Below, piece by piece: positions 28,402 through 38,465 of a stretch of 64,000 nt of DNA; positions within the stretch are counted from its first letter, which is position 1; each line of letters opens with the position of its first letter. Under the pieces are notes generated by a model. The model saw nothing but the letters and a program-made list of their open reading frames with translations. It was not told where the DNA came from and made no database searches. Position numbers and translations under genes: made by a program. The DNA lies in NCBI GenBank assembly GCA_050693155.1, contig JBOGWA010000128.1:10668-74667 (forward strand), read 5' to 3'. The stretch is from Actinomycetota bacterium. GTDB taxonomy: Bacteria > Actinomycetota > UBA4738 > CALAEC01.

Positions 28402-30051
28402 TTAGCCCTCCTTCATCGGCAGGCGGATCCCGCGCTCTCGGGCGACTTCGACGGCGCGGTCGTAGCCGGCGTCCGCGTGGCGGATCACCCCGAGGCCCGG
28501 GTCGCACGTGAGGACCCGCTCGAGACGCTCGGCGGCCTCCTTGGTCCCGTCGGCGACGACGACCATTCCGGCGTGGATCGAGTACCCGATTCCGACGCCG
28601 CCTCCATGGTGCAGTGAGACCCAGTCGGCTCCGGCGGCCGTATTCAGGAGTGCGTTTAGCACCGGCCAGTCGGCAATCGCGTCGGAACCGTCGGCCATTC
28701 CCTCTGTCTCTCGATACGGAGAGGCCACGCTCCCCGCGTCCAGGTGGTCGCGCCCGATCACGATCGGCGCCGCGAGCTCGCCGGACGCGACCATCTCGTT
28801 GAACCTGACCCCGGCTCGGTCGCGTTCGCCGTAGCCGAGCCAGCAGATCCGCGCGGGCAGTCCCTGATACTTGACCCGGTCCTCGGCCATCTGGAGCCAG
28901 CGTTGCAGCCGGTCGTTCTCAGGAAATAGCTCGGCGACCGCTCGGTCCGTCGCGATGATGTCGGCGGGATCTCCCGAGAGCGCGACCCATCGGAAGGGCC
29001 CCCTCCCCTCGCAGAACATGGGACGGATGAACGCGGGGACGAACCCTGGGTAGTCGAAGGCCCGCGTCGAGCCCCCCTTCTCGGCGCCGGCGCGGAGGTT
29101 GTTTCCATAGTCGAAGACGACGGCGCCGGCTTCCTGGAAGCCCAGCATCGCCTCGACCTGGCTCGCCATCGACGCGTAAGCGCGATCCGCGTACTCCTCC
29201 GGCTTCGTGCGACGGAGCTCGGCGGCCCCGCCGAGCGAGAGGCCTGTCGGGACGTATCCGTCGAGCGGATCGTGGGCCGACGTCTGATCGGTGACCACGT
29301 CCGGTCGAAAACCGCGCCGCAGAAGCTCCGGGTGGGTCTCCGCGGCGTTTCCAAGGAGGCCGATCGAGACTGCTTCTCCCCCGCGCACCCCTTCCTCGAC
29401 CCACCGGATCGCTTCATCGAGGTCGTCGGTCGAGCGGTCGAGGTAGCCGGTCTTCTGACGTCTTTCGATCCGCAGCGGGTCCACCTCGACGACGAGTGCG
29501 ACGCCTTCGTTCATGGTGACTGCGAGCGGTTGCGCGCCGCCCATGCCGCCGAGGCCCGCGGTCAGGACCACCCGACCGCGAAGGCTGCCGCCGAAATGCT
29601 GGGACGCGCACTCGGCCAGGGTCTCGTAGGTTCCCTGGAGGATCCCTTGGGTCCCGATGTAGATCCAGGAGCCCGCCGTCATCTGCCCGTACATCGTGAG
29701 CCCGGCATCTTCCAGCTCACGGAACGTCTCCCAGTCGGCCCACTTTGGGACGATCATCGCGTTCGAGATGAGGACCCGAGGCGAGGTGGGATGGGTTCGG
29801 AAGACCCCGACCGGCTTCCCCGATTGCACGAGGAGCGTTTCGTCTCCCTCGAGGCTCCGGAGCGACGCCACGATCGCGTCGAACGCCTTCCAGCTGCGGG
29901 CCGCCCTCCCGGTTCCTCCGTAGACCACGAGGTCTTCGGGCCGCTCGGCGACCTCGGGGTCGAGGTTGTTCATGAGCATCCGGAGGGCTGCCTCCTGCGG
30001 CCATCCCTCGCACGAGATATCCGGGCCGCGCGGCGCTCGGATCTCTCTCAC
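28402..30051 (-). CDS. hutU: Urocanate hydratase
   Basis: 549 aa from the GTG at complement 30049..30051 ([17 protein letters not shown]...), which overlaps the hutH stop. The track ORF carries a 226-aa spurious extension. Full-length urocanase similarity, including the [11 protein letters not shown]-binding motif. Confidence 0.9.
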   Translation of the reverse strand: MREIRAPRGPDISCEGWPQEAALRMLMNNLDPEVAERPEDLVVYGGTGRAARSWKAFDAIVASLRSLEGDETLLVQSGKPVGVFRTHPTSPRVLISNAMIVPKWADWETFRELEDAGLTMYGQMTAGSWIYIGTQGILQGTYETLAECASQHFGGSLRGRVVLTAGLGGMGGAQPLAVTMNEGVALVVEVDPLRIERRQKTGYLDRSTDDLDEAIRWVEEGVRGGEAVSIGLLGNAAETHPELLRRGFRPDVVTDQTSAHDPLDGYVPTGLSLGGAAELRRTKPEEYADRAYASMASQVEAMLGFQEAGAVVFDYGNNLRAGAEKGGSTRAFDYPGFVPAFIRPMFCEGRGPFRWVALSGDPADIIATDRAVAELFPENDRLQRWLQMAEDRVKYQGLPARICWLGYGERDRAGVRFNEMVASGELAAPIVIGRDHLDAGSVASPYRETEGMADGSDAIADWPVLNALLNTAAGADWVSLHHGGGVGIGYSIHAGMVVVADGTKEAAERLERVLTCDPGLGVIRHADAGYDRAVEVARERGIRLPMKEG

Positions 30052-31595
30052 TGGAGCGGACCGGCGGCCGCCGCGGCGGTGTCCACGAGGGCTCCGGTTC
30101 GGACGATCTCGGTCGACTCGGAGATGTCGATGGAGAGGTCGCGGTCTTCCTCCAAAAATGGCACTCGCTCCCGGAGGGCATTCAGGGCCCCCATGGTCCC
30201 CGGGGCCGGCTCCAGCGGCTTCCTGAGGTCGATCGCCTGCGCGGCGCACAGGGCCTCGATCGCGAGGATCGTCCCGACCAGTTCGACGACGCGCCGGAGC
30301 TTCAGGCCCGCGAGCCAGCCCATGCTCACGTGGTCTTCTTGCGTACCGGACGTCGGGATCGAGTCGAGGCTCGCCGGCTGCGCGAGCAGCTTGCACTCGG
30401 AGACCAGCGCGGCCTGCGTGTACTGAGCGAGCATGTAGCCCGATCCAAGCCCCGGCGTCGTCGAGAGGAAGGGAGGAAGCCCCCGCGCCGCCCCCGGTCC
30501 GAGGAGCCAGAGTGTTCTTCGTTCGGAAATGTTGCCGATTCCGCAGAGGGCGACGGCCATGAAGTCGAGCGCGTAAGCGAGGGGCTGACCGTGAAAGTTC
30601 CCGGTGCTCTCGACGCGACCGTCGGGAAGGACGACAGGATTGTCGACCACGGATTCGAGCTCCCGGGCGAACACCTCGGCGGCGAAGGCGAGGGTGTCCC
30701 GACCCGCTCCGTGCACCTGTGGTGCGCACCGCATCGAGTACGCGTCCTGGACCGCATGCTCGCTCTCGGAGTGCGAAGCGATGATCGAGCTTCCCTCAAG
30801 GAGGCGGCGGATGTTCTCGGCCGACGCGCTCTGTCCGGGGTACGGGCGGAGCAGGTGCAGGTCCTCCGCGAACGGACCGTCCGTTCCCAGAGCGCCCTCG
30901 ATCGTCATCGCCGCGGTCACGTCGGCGGTGGAAGCCAGGAGCGCCGCATCGTGGTGAGCAAGCAAGCCGAGAGCGAGCATCCCGTCGGTCCCGTTTACGA
31001 GCGCAAGTCCCTCCTTCGGCTGGAGGCTGAGGGGCTCGAGGCCGGCTCGTTTGAGGGCCGAGTCCGTGGGTTCTGTTCCGGTACGAGCGTGGAGCACCCG
31101 CCCCTCTCCGATCAGGACGAGCGCGATATGGGCGAGCTGGGCGAGATCGCCGCTGGCGCCCACCGAACCGCGATCCGGCACGGCCGGGTGGATTCGCTCG
31201 TTCAAGAGCTCCACGAACCTCGTGACAACGTCGGGACGCACGCCGGAGAACCCGGCGGCAAGGGTTCGCGCCCGGAGGAGCATCATCGCCCGGACCACTT
31301 CCGCAGGCAGGAGATCTCCTGTTCCGGTCGCGTGGCTTCGGATCAGGTTCTGCTGGAGCCGGTCGAGGTCGTCGGGATCGATGCGGACGTCGGCGAGAGC
31401 CCCCAAACCGGTCGTGAGCCCATAGATCGCCTCGCCGCTCGCCACGTGGTCCTCGACGAGCTTTCGGGATCTCCCCATGGAGGGGACAACTTCCGGATCG
31501 AGCGAGACGCGCGCGCCGTCTCGAGCCACGGCGAGCACGTCGCCCGCACCCAGCGGTCCGCCGTCGATGACCACCTCCGCACGCCGGTCCGCCAT
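30048..31595 (-). CDS. hutH: Histidine ammonia-lyase
   Basis: 515 aa. The MIO-forming ASG triad (SVGASGDL) and an aromatic ammonia-lyase fold. Confidence 0.9.
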   Translation of the reverse strand: MADRRAEVVIDGGPLGAGDVLAVARDGARVSLDPEVVPSMGRSRKLVEDHVASGEAIYGLTTGLGALADVRIDPDDLDRLQQNLIRSHATGTGDLLPAEVVRAMMLLRARTLAAGFSGVRPDVVTRFVELLNERIHPAVPDRGSVGASGDLAQLAHIALVLIGEGRVLHARTGTEPTDSALKRAGLEPLSLQPKEGLALVNGTDGMLALGLLAHHDAALLASTADVTAAMTIEGALGTDGPFAEDLHLLRPYPGQSASAENIRRLLEGSSIIASHSESEHAVQDAYSMRCAPQVHGAGRDTLAFAAEVFARELESVVDNPVVLPDGRVESTGNFHGQPLAYALDFMAVALCGIGNISERRTLWLLGPGAARGLPPFLSTTPGLGSGYMLAQYTQAALVSECKLLAQPASLDSIPTSGTQEDHVSMGWLAGLKLRRVVELVGTILAIEALCAAQAIDLRKPLEPAPGTMGALNALRERVPFLEEDRDLSIDISESTEIVRTGALVDTAAAAAGPLQ

Positions 31596-31693
31596 CCTCG
31601 GGCGAGACTAGCACCGAGGCGAAGGCACTCGCCTTGCCCGAACCGTTCGTAGTGACCTACCCTCTGGTAACCACCCAACAGGAGGACTTCACC

Positions 31694-32941
31694 GTGGCGA
31701 AGGACGTGTACGAGATCGGCGAGATCCCTCCCGTCGGAGAGGTCCCGAAGCGAATGGTTGCGCAGGTCATCCGGCCCGAGCGCTTCGGTGACCCCAATGA
31801 TGCCTTCAAGATCGAGGAGATCCAGGTGCCCGAGGTCGGGCCCGACGACGCCCTCGTGCTCGTGATGGCCGCCGGAGTCAACTACAACAACGTCTGGGCC
31901 GCGCTCGGGATCCCGGTGAACGTGTGCGAGGTCCACGGCCGCTACGGGGAGCCCACGGAATTCCACATCGGCGGCTCGGACGCGTCGGGAGTCGTTTACG
32001 CGGTGGGCGAGAACGTCACGAACGTGAAGGTCGGAGAGCATGTCGTGGTCCATTGCGGCCAGTGGGACCTCGACGATCCCACGCTGGCGAATGGGGGAGA
32101 CCCCATGTTCGGCGACTCCTTCCGGATCTGGGGCTACGAGTCGAACTGGGGGTCATTCGCCCAGTTCACGAAGGTCCAGGCTCATCAGTGCCTGCCCAAA
32201 GCGGAGCACCTGTCGTGGGAAGCGGCCGCTGCCCCGACGCTCGTGGGCGCGACCGCGTACCGGATGCTGTTCGGCTGGCCGCCACACACGGTCCAGGACG
32301 GGGATGTCGTCCTCGTCTGGGGCGGCGCCGGCGGGCTCGGCTCGATGGCCATCCAGCTCGTGGCGGACCGTGGAGGCCGCGCCGTCGCCGTCGTCTCCTC
32401 CGAGGACAAGGCCGAGTTCTGCAAGAAGCTGGGCGCGGTCGGCGCGATCAACCGGAAAGACTTCGACCACTGGGGGATGCCGCCCCACTGGAGGGACTCG
32501 GATGGGTACAAGACGTGGTTCGAAGGCGCGAAGGCGTTCGGCAAGGCATTGTGGGACGCCGTCGGCGAGAAGGTCTCGCCGAGGATCGTATTCGAGCATC
32601 CGGGAGAGGACACCGTTCCGACCTCGGTGTTCGTCTGCGACACGGGCGGGATGGTCGTGATCTGCGCGGGCACGAGCGGATACAGCGCGGTCGCCGATCT
32701 CCGGTACCTCTGGATGCGCCAGAAGAGGTTGCAGGGGAGTCACTTTGCGAACGACGAGCAGTCGAGCGCGTTCAACCAGCTCGTCGTCGAAGGACGCGTC
32801 GACCCCGCTCTCTCGCGGACGTTCTCATTCCATGCGATCCCGGAGGCGCACCAGCTGATGCACGAGAACCGCCACCCCGAAGGAAACATGGCGGCGCTCG
32901 TGTCGGCTCCAAAGGAAGGTCTCACCGACCTCCCGGGCTAG
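31694..32941 (+). CDS. ccr: Crotonyl-CoA carboxylase/reductase (enoyl-CoA reductase, MDR family)
   Basis: 415 aa from a GTG preceded by AGGAGG with an 8-nt spacer ([13 protein letters not shown]...). Strong overall match to Ccr, including HLSWEEAAAP and GTSGY...[16 protein letters not shown]. Confidence 0.8.
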   Translation: MAKDVYEIGEIPPVGEVPKRMVAQVIRPERFGDPNDAFKIEEIQVPEVGPDDALVLVMAAGVNYNNVWAALGIPVNVCEVHGRYGEPTEFHIGGSDASGVVYAVGENVTNVKVGEHVVVHCGQWDLDDPTLANGGDPMFGDSFRIWGYESNWGSFAQFTKVQAHQCLPKAEHLSWEAAAAPTLVGATAYRMLFGWPPHTVQDGDVVLVWGGAGGLGSMAIQLVADRGGRAVAVVSSEDKAEFCKKLGAVGAINRKDFDHWGMPPHWRDSDGYKTWFEGAKAFGKALWDAVGEKVSPRIVFEHPGEDTVPTSVFVCDTGGMVVICAGTSGYSAVADLRYLWMRQKRLQGSHFANDEQSSAFNQLVVEGRVDPALSRTFSFHAIPEAHQLMHENRHPEGNMAALVSAPKEGLTDLPG

Positions 32942-32949
32942 GGGACCGA

Positions 32950-33387
32950 ATGGCGCGGGTCGAGTTCGACATCGAGACGAGCGTTACGCCGGAGCGAGTG
33001 CTTGAGGGGCTCACAGACTTCACGGAGCGTCGGCCCGACATCTGGCCCGGTCTCAAAAGGGAGATGTACGAGGTCCACGAAGTTGGCGACACCTGGGCGG
33101 ACGTTACGGAAGGAACCGGTGGGTCCGTCTGGGCACGGGAGCGTTACGACTGGGCCTCTCCGGGGAAGGTCACGTGGACCGTTCAGGAGAGCGGGTTCTG
33201 CGCGCCCGGGAGCTTCATCTCGGCCGACGTGACTCCAAGAGACGGTGGCAGCCGGATCCACATCACCTGGGAACGCACGCCGACGACGCTTCTCGGCAGG
33301 ATGATTGCGGTCCTCATCGTCCTCACACGTGGGGCGGCCCTAAGGGGTTCCTACGTCAAGGGACTCCGGAATCTCGAAACCGCCTAG
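32950..33387 (+). CDS. SRPBCC (START/Bet v1-like, polyketide-cyclase-type) domain protein
   Basis: 145 aa. Small alpha/beta-grip-like protein. Assignment is by general pattern only. Confidence 0.5.
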   Translation: MARVEFDIETSVTPERVLEGLTDFTERRPDIWPGLKREMYEVHEVGDTWADVTEGTGGSVWARERYDWASPGKVTWTVQESGFCAPGSFISADVTPRDGGSRIHITWERTPTTLLGRMIAVLIVLTRGAALRGSYVKGLRNLETA

Positions 33388-33396
33388 CATCTCCTC

Positions 33397-34803
33397 GTGA
33401 GCGAGCGGTTCGACCTCGTCGTTCTCGGTTCCGGGCCGGCCGGCGAGAAGGGGGCGGCCCAGGCCGCCTACGTCGGGAAACGGGTCGCCGTCGTCGACAT
33501 TGGGCCCAACCCCGGCGGGGCCGCGGTCAGACTGGCCGTGATCCCTTCCAAGACCCTCCGCGAGACGGCCCAGTATCTGACCGGCTTTCGTCGCCGGAAC
33601 GTCTACGGCGTCAGCCTGTCGCTCGATCCCGGCGCTGCCCTCGCGCGGCTCATGGCCCGCAAGGCGATGGTCGTCGAAACGATGACCGAAGCCGTGCGCA
33701 GGAACTTCGAACGCCACGGCGTCGAGTTCGTAGTGGGAACGCCTACCGTGGAGCCGGGACCGGCGGTCAAAGTCGCCAACACCGATGGCGATCGCGTGCT
33801 CGAGGCGTCCGCTGTGCTCGTCGCAACCGGCGCCCGCCCCTATCACCCACCGGATGTTCCGTTCGAGGATCCCGACGTCCACGACTCCGAGGGGATTCTG
33901 ACCATCGATCGCATCCCCGGCTCGATCGTCGTTGTCGGCGGCGGAGTGATCGGCTGTGAGTACGCCTCCGTATTCGCCGCCCTCGGAGCCGATGTGACCC
34001 TGGTCCATGCAGGTCCCCGCATCCTTCCATTCGCCGACCAGGAGATCTCGGAGTCGCTCGCCATGACGTTCGAGAGCTTTGGCATGAGTGTCGCCACCGG
34101 AACGCGCGCCGACTCTATCGAGCGACGCGATGGAGCCCTAACAGTGAATCTGGCCGGTGGCCGGTCGATCGCTGCCGAGAAGGTGCTCTTCTCCCTCGGG
34201 CAGGTTGGGAACACCGAAGGCTTGGGGCTCGAGGCGCTCGGTGTCGATGTCGACGATCGGGGCCGAGTGCTCGTGGACGAGCACTATCGCTCGACCGTCG
34301 ATGGGATCTATGCAGCGGGCGACGTCATCGGGCCTCCGGCCCTCGCTTCCGTCTCCATGGAACAGGGGAGGGTCGCGATGTGTCACGCGTTCGACATCCC
34401 TTTCAAGGCGTATGTGGATCCGCTAGCGCCGATGGGGATCTACACGATCCCCGAAGTCGCGATGGTGGGCCTTACCGAGTCGGACGCCCGGGAGCGAGGA
34501 CTGGACATCGAGACTGGTAGGGGACAGTTTGAGGCGAATCCGCGCGCGCAGATCACCGGCATGACCGATGGGCTCATCAAGCTCGTCTTCCGCCGGAGCG
34601 ACCGGGTGATCGTGGGTGCTCACATCTTGGGGGAAATCGCGACCGAGCTGATCCACATCGGGCAGGCGGCGATCGCCGACGAGCATCCGATCGACCGGTT
34701 CATTGATGTGACGTTCAACGTCCCGACGCGTGCCGATGCCTTCAAGTACGCGGCGTATGACGGTCTCCAGCGCCATGGAGCCGCTATTCCCGAGGGGAAC
34801 TAG
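33397..34803 (+). CDS. sthA: Soluble pyridine nucleotide transhydrogenase (FAD/NAD-disulfide-oxidoreductase fold)
   Basis: 468 aa. FAD motif GSGPAGE, the VIPSKTLRE motif shared with SthA, a second Rossmann motif VGGGVIGCEYAS, and a C-terminal dimerisation domain. Confidence 0.8.
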   Translation: MSERFDLVVLGSGPAGEKGAAQAAYVGKRVAVVDIGPNPGGAAVRLAVIPSKTLRETAQYLTGFRRRNVYGVSLSLDPGAALARLMARKAMVVETMTEAVRRNFERHGVEFVVGTPTVEPGPAVKVANTDGDRVLEASAVLVATGARPYHPPDVPFEDPDVHDSEGILTIDRIPGSIVVVGGGVIGCEYASVFAALGADVTLVHAGPRILPFADQEISESLAMTFESFGMSVATGTRADSIERRDGALTVNLAGGRSIAAEKVLFSLGQVGNTEGLGLEALGVDVDDRGRVLVDEHYRSTVDGIYAAGDVIGPPALASVSMEQGRVAMCHAFDIPFKAYVDPLAPMGIYTIPEVAMVGLTESDARERGLDIETGRGQFEANPRAQITGMTDGLIKLVFRRSDRVIVGAHILGEIATELIHIGQAAIADEHPIDRFIDVTFNVPTRADAFKYAAYDGLQRHGAAIPEGN

Positions 34804-35276
34804 GGTTCCTGGACGAGCTCGACGAGGACCCCGCCGAAGCCCTTCGGGTGGACGAACGCCACCTTCGTGCCCCGCGAACCCGGCCGCGGCTCCTGGTCGA
34901 CGAGTGAGATTCCCTCCTCCTTGAGGCGCTCGAGGGCGGCCCGGATGTCCGTCACCCGGTATCCCACGTGGTGGACGCCCTCTCCGCGCTTGGCGAGGAA
35001 TCTCCCGACGGGCGTGTCCGGCCCGAGCGAGCGCAGGAGCTGAATGTAGGAGGTCCCGATCTTGAAGAGGACCTCTTCCACGCCTTGATCCTCGATCGTC
35101 TCCCGGTGTGCAGGTTCCACGCCGAACGAGCGCCGGTATCGCTCGACCGCGGCCTCGAGGTCGGCGACCGCGATGCCGACGTGATCGATGCCGTCAAGCA
35201 CGCTGTGCCTCTGTTCTGCGGCGCCGCCCGGGGCTCGGCTCCGGCTGGAGGGATTGTTGTGAATCATGACAATCAT
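34800..35276 (-). CDS. mce: Methylmalonyl-CoA epimerase (VOC/glyoxalase family)
   Basis: 158 aa from the ATG at complement 35274..35276; the track ORF is extended by 258 aa. Motifs IDHVGIAV and HHVGYRV. Its stop overlaps the sthA stop (convergent). Confidence 0.7.
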   Translation of the reverse strand: MIVMIHNNPSSRSRAPGGAAEQRHSVLDGIDHVGIAVADLEAAVERYRRSFGVEPAHRETIEDQGVEEVLFKIGTSYIQLLRSLGPDTPVGRFLAKRGEGVHHVGYRVTDIRAALERLKEEGISLVDQEPRPGSRGTKVAFVHPKGFGGVLVELVQEP

Positions 35277-35423
35277 ATCGCCGTGTCCGAATGGCGCTTC
35301 GTGTCCGCATGCAGCCTTCACGGCAGCGCAGGTGTCCTGATTCGGCCGTCGAACCTTCGATCGATGGGCATGACCGGTAGCGCGAATTGGCGTCATCCGG
35401 CAGACTGTGCACCCCGTATCGAG

Positions 35424-37259
35424 ATGAGTCCGACGACCACGAGCTCCGTCGCAGCCACCCTCGGCCAGTCGAGGCTGCTCGCGGTCGGCAAGGCCGACGT
35501 TGCGAGAATCCGCGCGAAGACGCGCCGGCGCCGCATCGTTCGGTTCCTCGTGATCTTCGGTCTTGTCGACGGCTATCTCTGGTACCGCTACCTCTCGGGG
35601 AACCCGATCGGCCCGCCGAGCCTCCCAGCCGACGCGGTCCTCTGGCTCCCGGCGCTTCTCTTGATTGTGCTCCTGGGCGTGCTGATCCTGCTGCCGATGA
35701 TCGGGAGCGGCCGCTCGCCCCACTCCCTCGTGCGACCTGAGCAGATCGACGTGGGCCTCGAAGAATTGAAGGGCCTGGACCCGCAGGTCGATGAGGTCAT
35801 TCGAAGCCTGAACGTCTTCCTCGGCCACGTGACCTTCCGGGAACGGCTCGGTGGGACCCCTCGCCGAGGGATCCTCTTCGAGGGCCCTCCCGGGACCGGG
35901 AAGACGTTCCTCGCGAAGGCGATGGCCAAGCAGGCGGGCGTCCCGTTCCTGTTCGTCTCGGCGCCGGCCTTCCAATCGATGTGGTTCGGGATGACGAACG
36001 CGAAGATCCGAGCGTTCTTCAGGGCGCTTCGCAAGATTGCTCGGCGCCAAGGCGGGGCGATCGGCTTCATCGAGGAGATCGATGCCATCGGAGCCGACCG
36101 AGGCGCGGTAACCGCCACGGCCTCAGCCGACGACAACAGGAGAAGCGTCTCGAGCTTCATCTCACCCGGAGCCGGAGGAATGGTGAACGAGCTGCTGATC
36201 CAGATGCAGTCCTTCGATCAGCCGACGTGGAGGCAGAGGCTGTGGACGCGAATCGTCGAGTGGATCAACGGTTATCTGCCGGAAGGAAAGCGGGTCGAGT
36301 CGGGTCGGCCCGAATACCACAACATCCTGCTGATCGCTGCGACGAATCGCGCGGAGGCGCTCGACCCCGCGCTCGTGCGACCCGGTCGCTTCGACCGCCG
36401 ACTCTACTTCGACCTTCCCACGAAGAAGGGGAGGAGAGATCTCATCGACTACTTCCTCGCCCGAAAGTCGCACGGAGAGGACCTCGAGGGGGAGGAGGCG
36501 CGCGAGCGTCTCGCACACGACACGTTCGGCTACACGCCCGTCGCGCTCGAGCGGCTCTTCGACGAGGCGCTCCTCACGGCCCTCCGCCACGGGCGCGATC
36601 GGATGACCCCTCCCGACGTCTACGAGGCCAAGCTCTCCGAGGAGGTCGGTCTCCGCCAGCCGGTGGTCTACACGCAAGAGGAGAAGGTGACCGTCGCCAC
36701 CCACGAGGCGGGGCACGCGACCGTCGCACACATCCTCGGCACGACCCGCCGGCTCGAGGTGCTCTCGATCATCAAGCGAAGGAAGTCCCTCGGCCTCCTC
36801 GCGCACGCCGATCTGGAGGAGCGCTTCACGAAGTCGCGCTCCGAGCTCGAGGCGCTGGTCGCTATCGCGATGGGTGGCCTCGCGGCCGAAGAGCTCTTCC
36901 TCGGCGAGAGCGGAACCGGGCCCGGGGCCGATCTGGCTGCGGCGACGGAAGTTGCCGCAACGATGGTGGGCGCGCTTGGAATGGCCGGCTCACTCGTGTC
37001 CTACGAGGCGATCGGAGAGAGCGCGATCCAGACGCGAAATCTCGTGGCGAAGGTCCTCGCCGATCCGGATGCAAAACGTCGGGTGGAGCTACTCCTTGAG
37101 AAGCAAAGACAGAAGGCCGTGAGCGTGCTCGAGGAAAACCGGGACATCGTTGAGTCGCTCCGCGACGCCCTTCTCGACCGCGACGAGCTCGTGGGGAACG
37201 AGATCGTCGGCGTGATCGAGGAAGCACTCGGCCGGCGCCCCGTCCTCGTCCTCGACTAG
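35424..37259 (+). CDS. FtsH-like membrane AAA+ ATPase fused to an M41 zinc metalloprotease (divergent paralog)
   Basis: Two N-terminal transmembrane helices, Walker A GPPGTGKTF, Walker B IEEIDAIG, an SRH region, and HEAGHA (HEXXH). I chose the ATG at 35424; an alternative ATG is at 35364. The track ORF from 34968 overlaps mce. Confidence 0.7.
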   Translation: MSPTTTSSVAATLGQSRLLAVGKADVARIRAKTRRRRIVRFLVIFGLVDGYLWYRYLSGNPIGPPSLPADAVLWLPALLLIVLLGVLILLPMIGSGRSPHSLVRPEQIDVGLEELKGLDPQVDEVIRSLNVFLGHVTFRERLGGTPRRGILFEGPPGTGKTFLAKAMAKQAGVPFLFVSAPAFQSMWFGMTNAKIRAFFRALRKIARRQGGAIGFIEEIDAIGADRGAVTATASADDNRRSVSSFISPGAGGMVNELLIQMQSFDQPTWRQRLWTRIVEWINGYLPEGKRVESGRPEYHNILLIAATNRAEALDPALVRPGRFDRRLYFDLPTKKGRRDLIDYFLARKSHGEDLEGEEARERLAHDTFGYTPVALERLFDEALLTALRHGRDRMTPPDVYEAKLSEEVGLRQPVVYTQEEKVTVATHEAGHATVAHILGTTRRLEVLSIIKRRKSLGLLAHADLEERFTKSRSELEALVAIAMGGLAAEELFLGESGTGPGADLAAATEVAATMVGALGMAGSLVSYEAIGESAIQTRNLVAKVLADPDAKRRVELLLEKQRQKAVSVLEENRDIVESLRDALLDRDELVGNEIVGVIEEALGRRPVLVLD

Positions 37260-37319
37260 ATCCACGTTCAACTAGGCTCTTCACGCGCAAGGACGTCGAT
37301 AGACCGGACCCGCTGTCTG

Positions 37320-38465
37320 ATGGATTTCAGTCTGACCGAGGAACAAACCCGATTCCGGGAAGAGGTTCTGCGGTTCGCCGAGGCGGAGCTGAACGACGAT
37401 CTGATCCGGCGGGACGCCGACGGAACTTTCTCTCGCGAGGCATGGAAGAAGTGCGCGGCGCTCGGGATCCAGGGAATGCCGGTTCCGCAGGAGTACGGAG
37501 GACTTGCGGCCGACCCGCTCACGATCATGATCGCGATGGAGGCCCTCGGCTACGGGTGTCGGGACAACGGGCTTCTCTTCTCGCTGAATGCGCAGATGTG
37601 GTCTTGCGAGGTCCCGCTCGTAAAGTTCGGAACCGAGGAGCAGAAGCGCCGGTACCTTCCTGGGCTCTGCGACGGCTCCCTGATCGGGGTGCAGGCCATG
37701 ACCGAGCCGGAGTCGGGATCGGATGCGTTCGCCTTGCGAACCACGGCCGTGAAGAAGGACGGCGTCTATGTTCTCAATGGCTCGAAGACCTTCGTGACGA
37801 ACGCGCCCCTGGCCGACGTGTTCGTCGTGTTCGCGACGGCCGATCAGGCGAGGGGGAGCGCCGCCATCTCGGCCTTCCTTGTCGATGCGGAGACGCCGGG
37901 ACTCTCCCGAGGACGTCCGTTCGACAAGATGGGGCTTCGAACCTCGCCGATGAGCGAAGTCGCCCTTTCGGACTGTGAAGTGCCCGAGGAGGGCCTTCTT
38001 GGACGCCCGTACGCGGGCATGGCGATCTTCAACTCCTCGATGCAATGGGAGCGAGCCTGCATCTTGGGGACGACGGTCGGGACGATGGAGCGCCTTCTCG
38101 AGCGTTCGATCTCTCACGCTCGCTCGCGGCGCCAGTTCGGAAAGTCCATTGGCAAGTTCCAGGGAGTCTCGCATCGGATCGCCGACATGAAGGTCCGCCT
38201 CGAGTGCGCCCGCCTCCTTCTGTACCGCCTCGGATGGCTGATGAACGAGGGGCGGGCGAGCCCGCTCGATTCGGCGATGACAAAGGTGTTTCTGTCCGAG
38301 AGCTTGGTCCAAACGAGCCTCGACGCGCTTCAGATCCACGGGGGATACGGCTACATGCGCGAGTACGAGCTCGAACGAGAGGTACGGGACGCGATCGCGG
38401 GCCGAATCTACTCGGGGACATCGGAGATCCAGCGAAACATCATCGCCGGCTTTCTGGGCTTGTGA
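37320..38465 (+). CDS. Acyl-CoA-dehydrogenase-family flavoprotein; by context a candidate aminoacyl-S-carrier-protein dehydrogenase (PltE/RedW/AnaB-like)
   Basis: 381 aa. ACAD fold with C-terminal YSGTSEIQRNIIA. Its stop overlaps the GTG of the downstream adenylation enzyme (GTGA). Confidence 0.8.
   Translation: MDFSLTEEQTRFREEVLRFAEAELNDDLIRRDADGTFSREAWKKCAALGIQGMPVPQEYGGLAADPLTIMIAMEALGYGCRDNGLLFSLNAQMWSCEVPLVKFGTEEQKRRYLPGLCDGSLIGVQAMTEPESGSDAFALRTTAVKKDGVYVLNGSKTFVTNAPLADVFVVFATADQARGSAAISAFLVDAETPGLSRGRPFDKMGLRTSPMSEVALSDCEVPEEGLLGRPYAGMAIFNSSMQWERACILGTTVGTMERLLERSISHARSRRQFGKSIGKFQGVSHRIADMKVRLECARLLLYRLGWLMNEGRASPLDSAMTKVFLSESLVQTSLDALQIHGGYGYMREYELEREVRDAIAGRIYSGTSEIQRNIIAGFLGL

Noticed and set aside
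28402-30729. 775-aa call for HutU
   Set aside because: Urocanase is about 550 aa. The upstream 226 codons overlap hutH. A GTG at 30051 gives the conserved N-terminus.
31924-33387. 487-aa plus-strand ORF spanning ccr and the SRPBCC gene
   Set aside because: It lies out of frame within ccr and is Arg/Gly-rich. Only the last 145 codons (from the ATG at 32950) form a plausible protein.
33397-34803. Calling the SthA homolog a dihydrolipoamide dehydrogenase
   Set aside because: It lacks the CxxxxC redox disulfide and shares the SKTLRE and C-terminal signature with SthA/UdhA instead.
34968-35423. N-terminal 152-aa extension of the FtsH-like ORF
   Set aside because: It overlaps the divergent mce gene on the opposite strand. 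The transmembrane helices start after the ATG at 35424.
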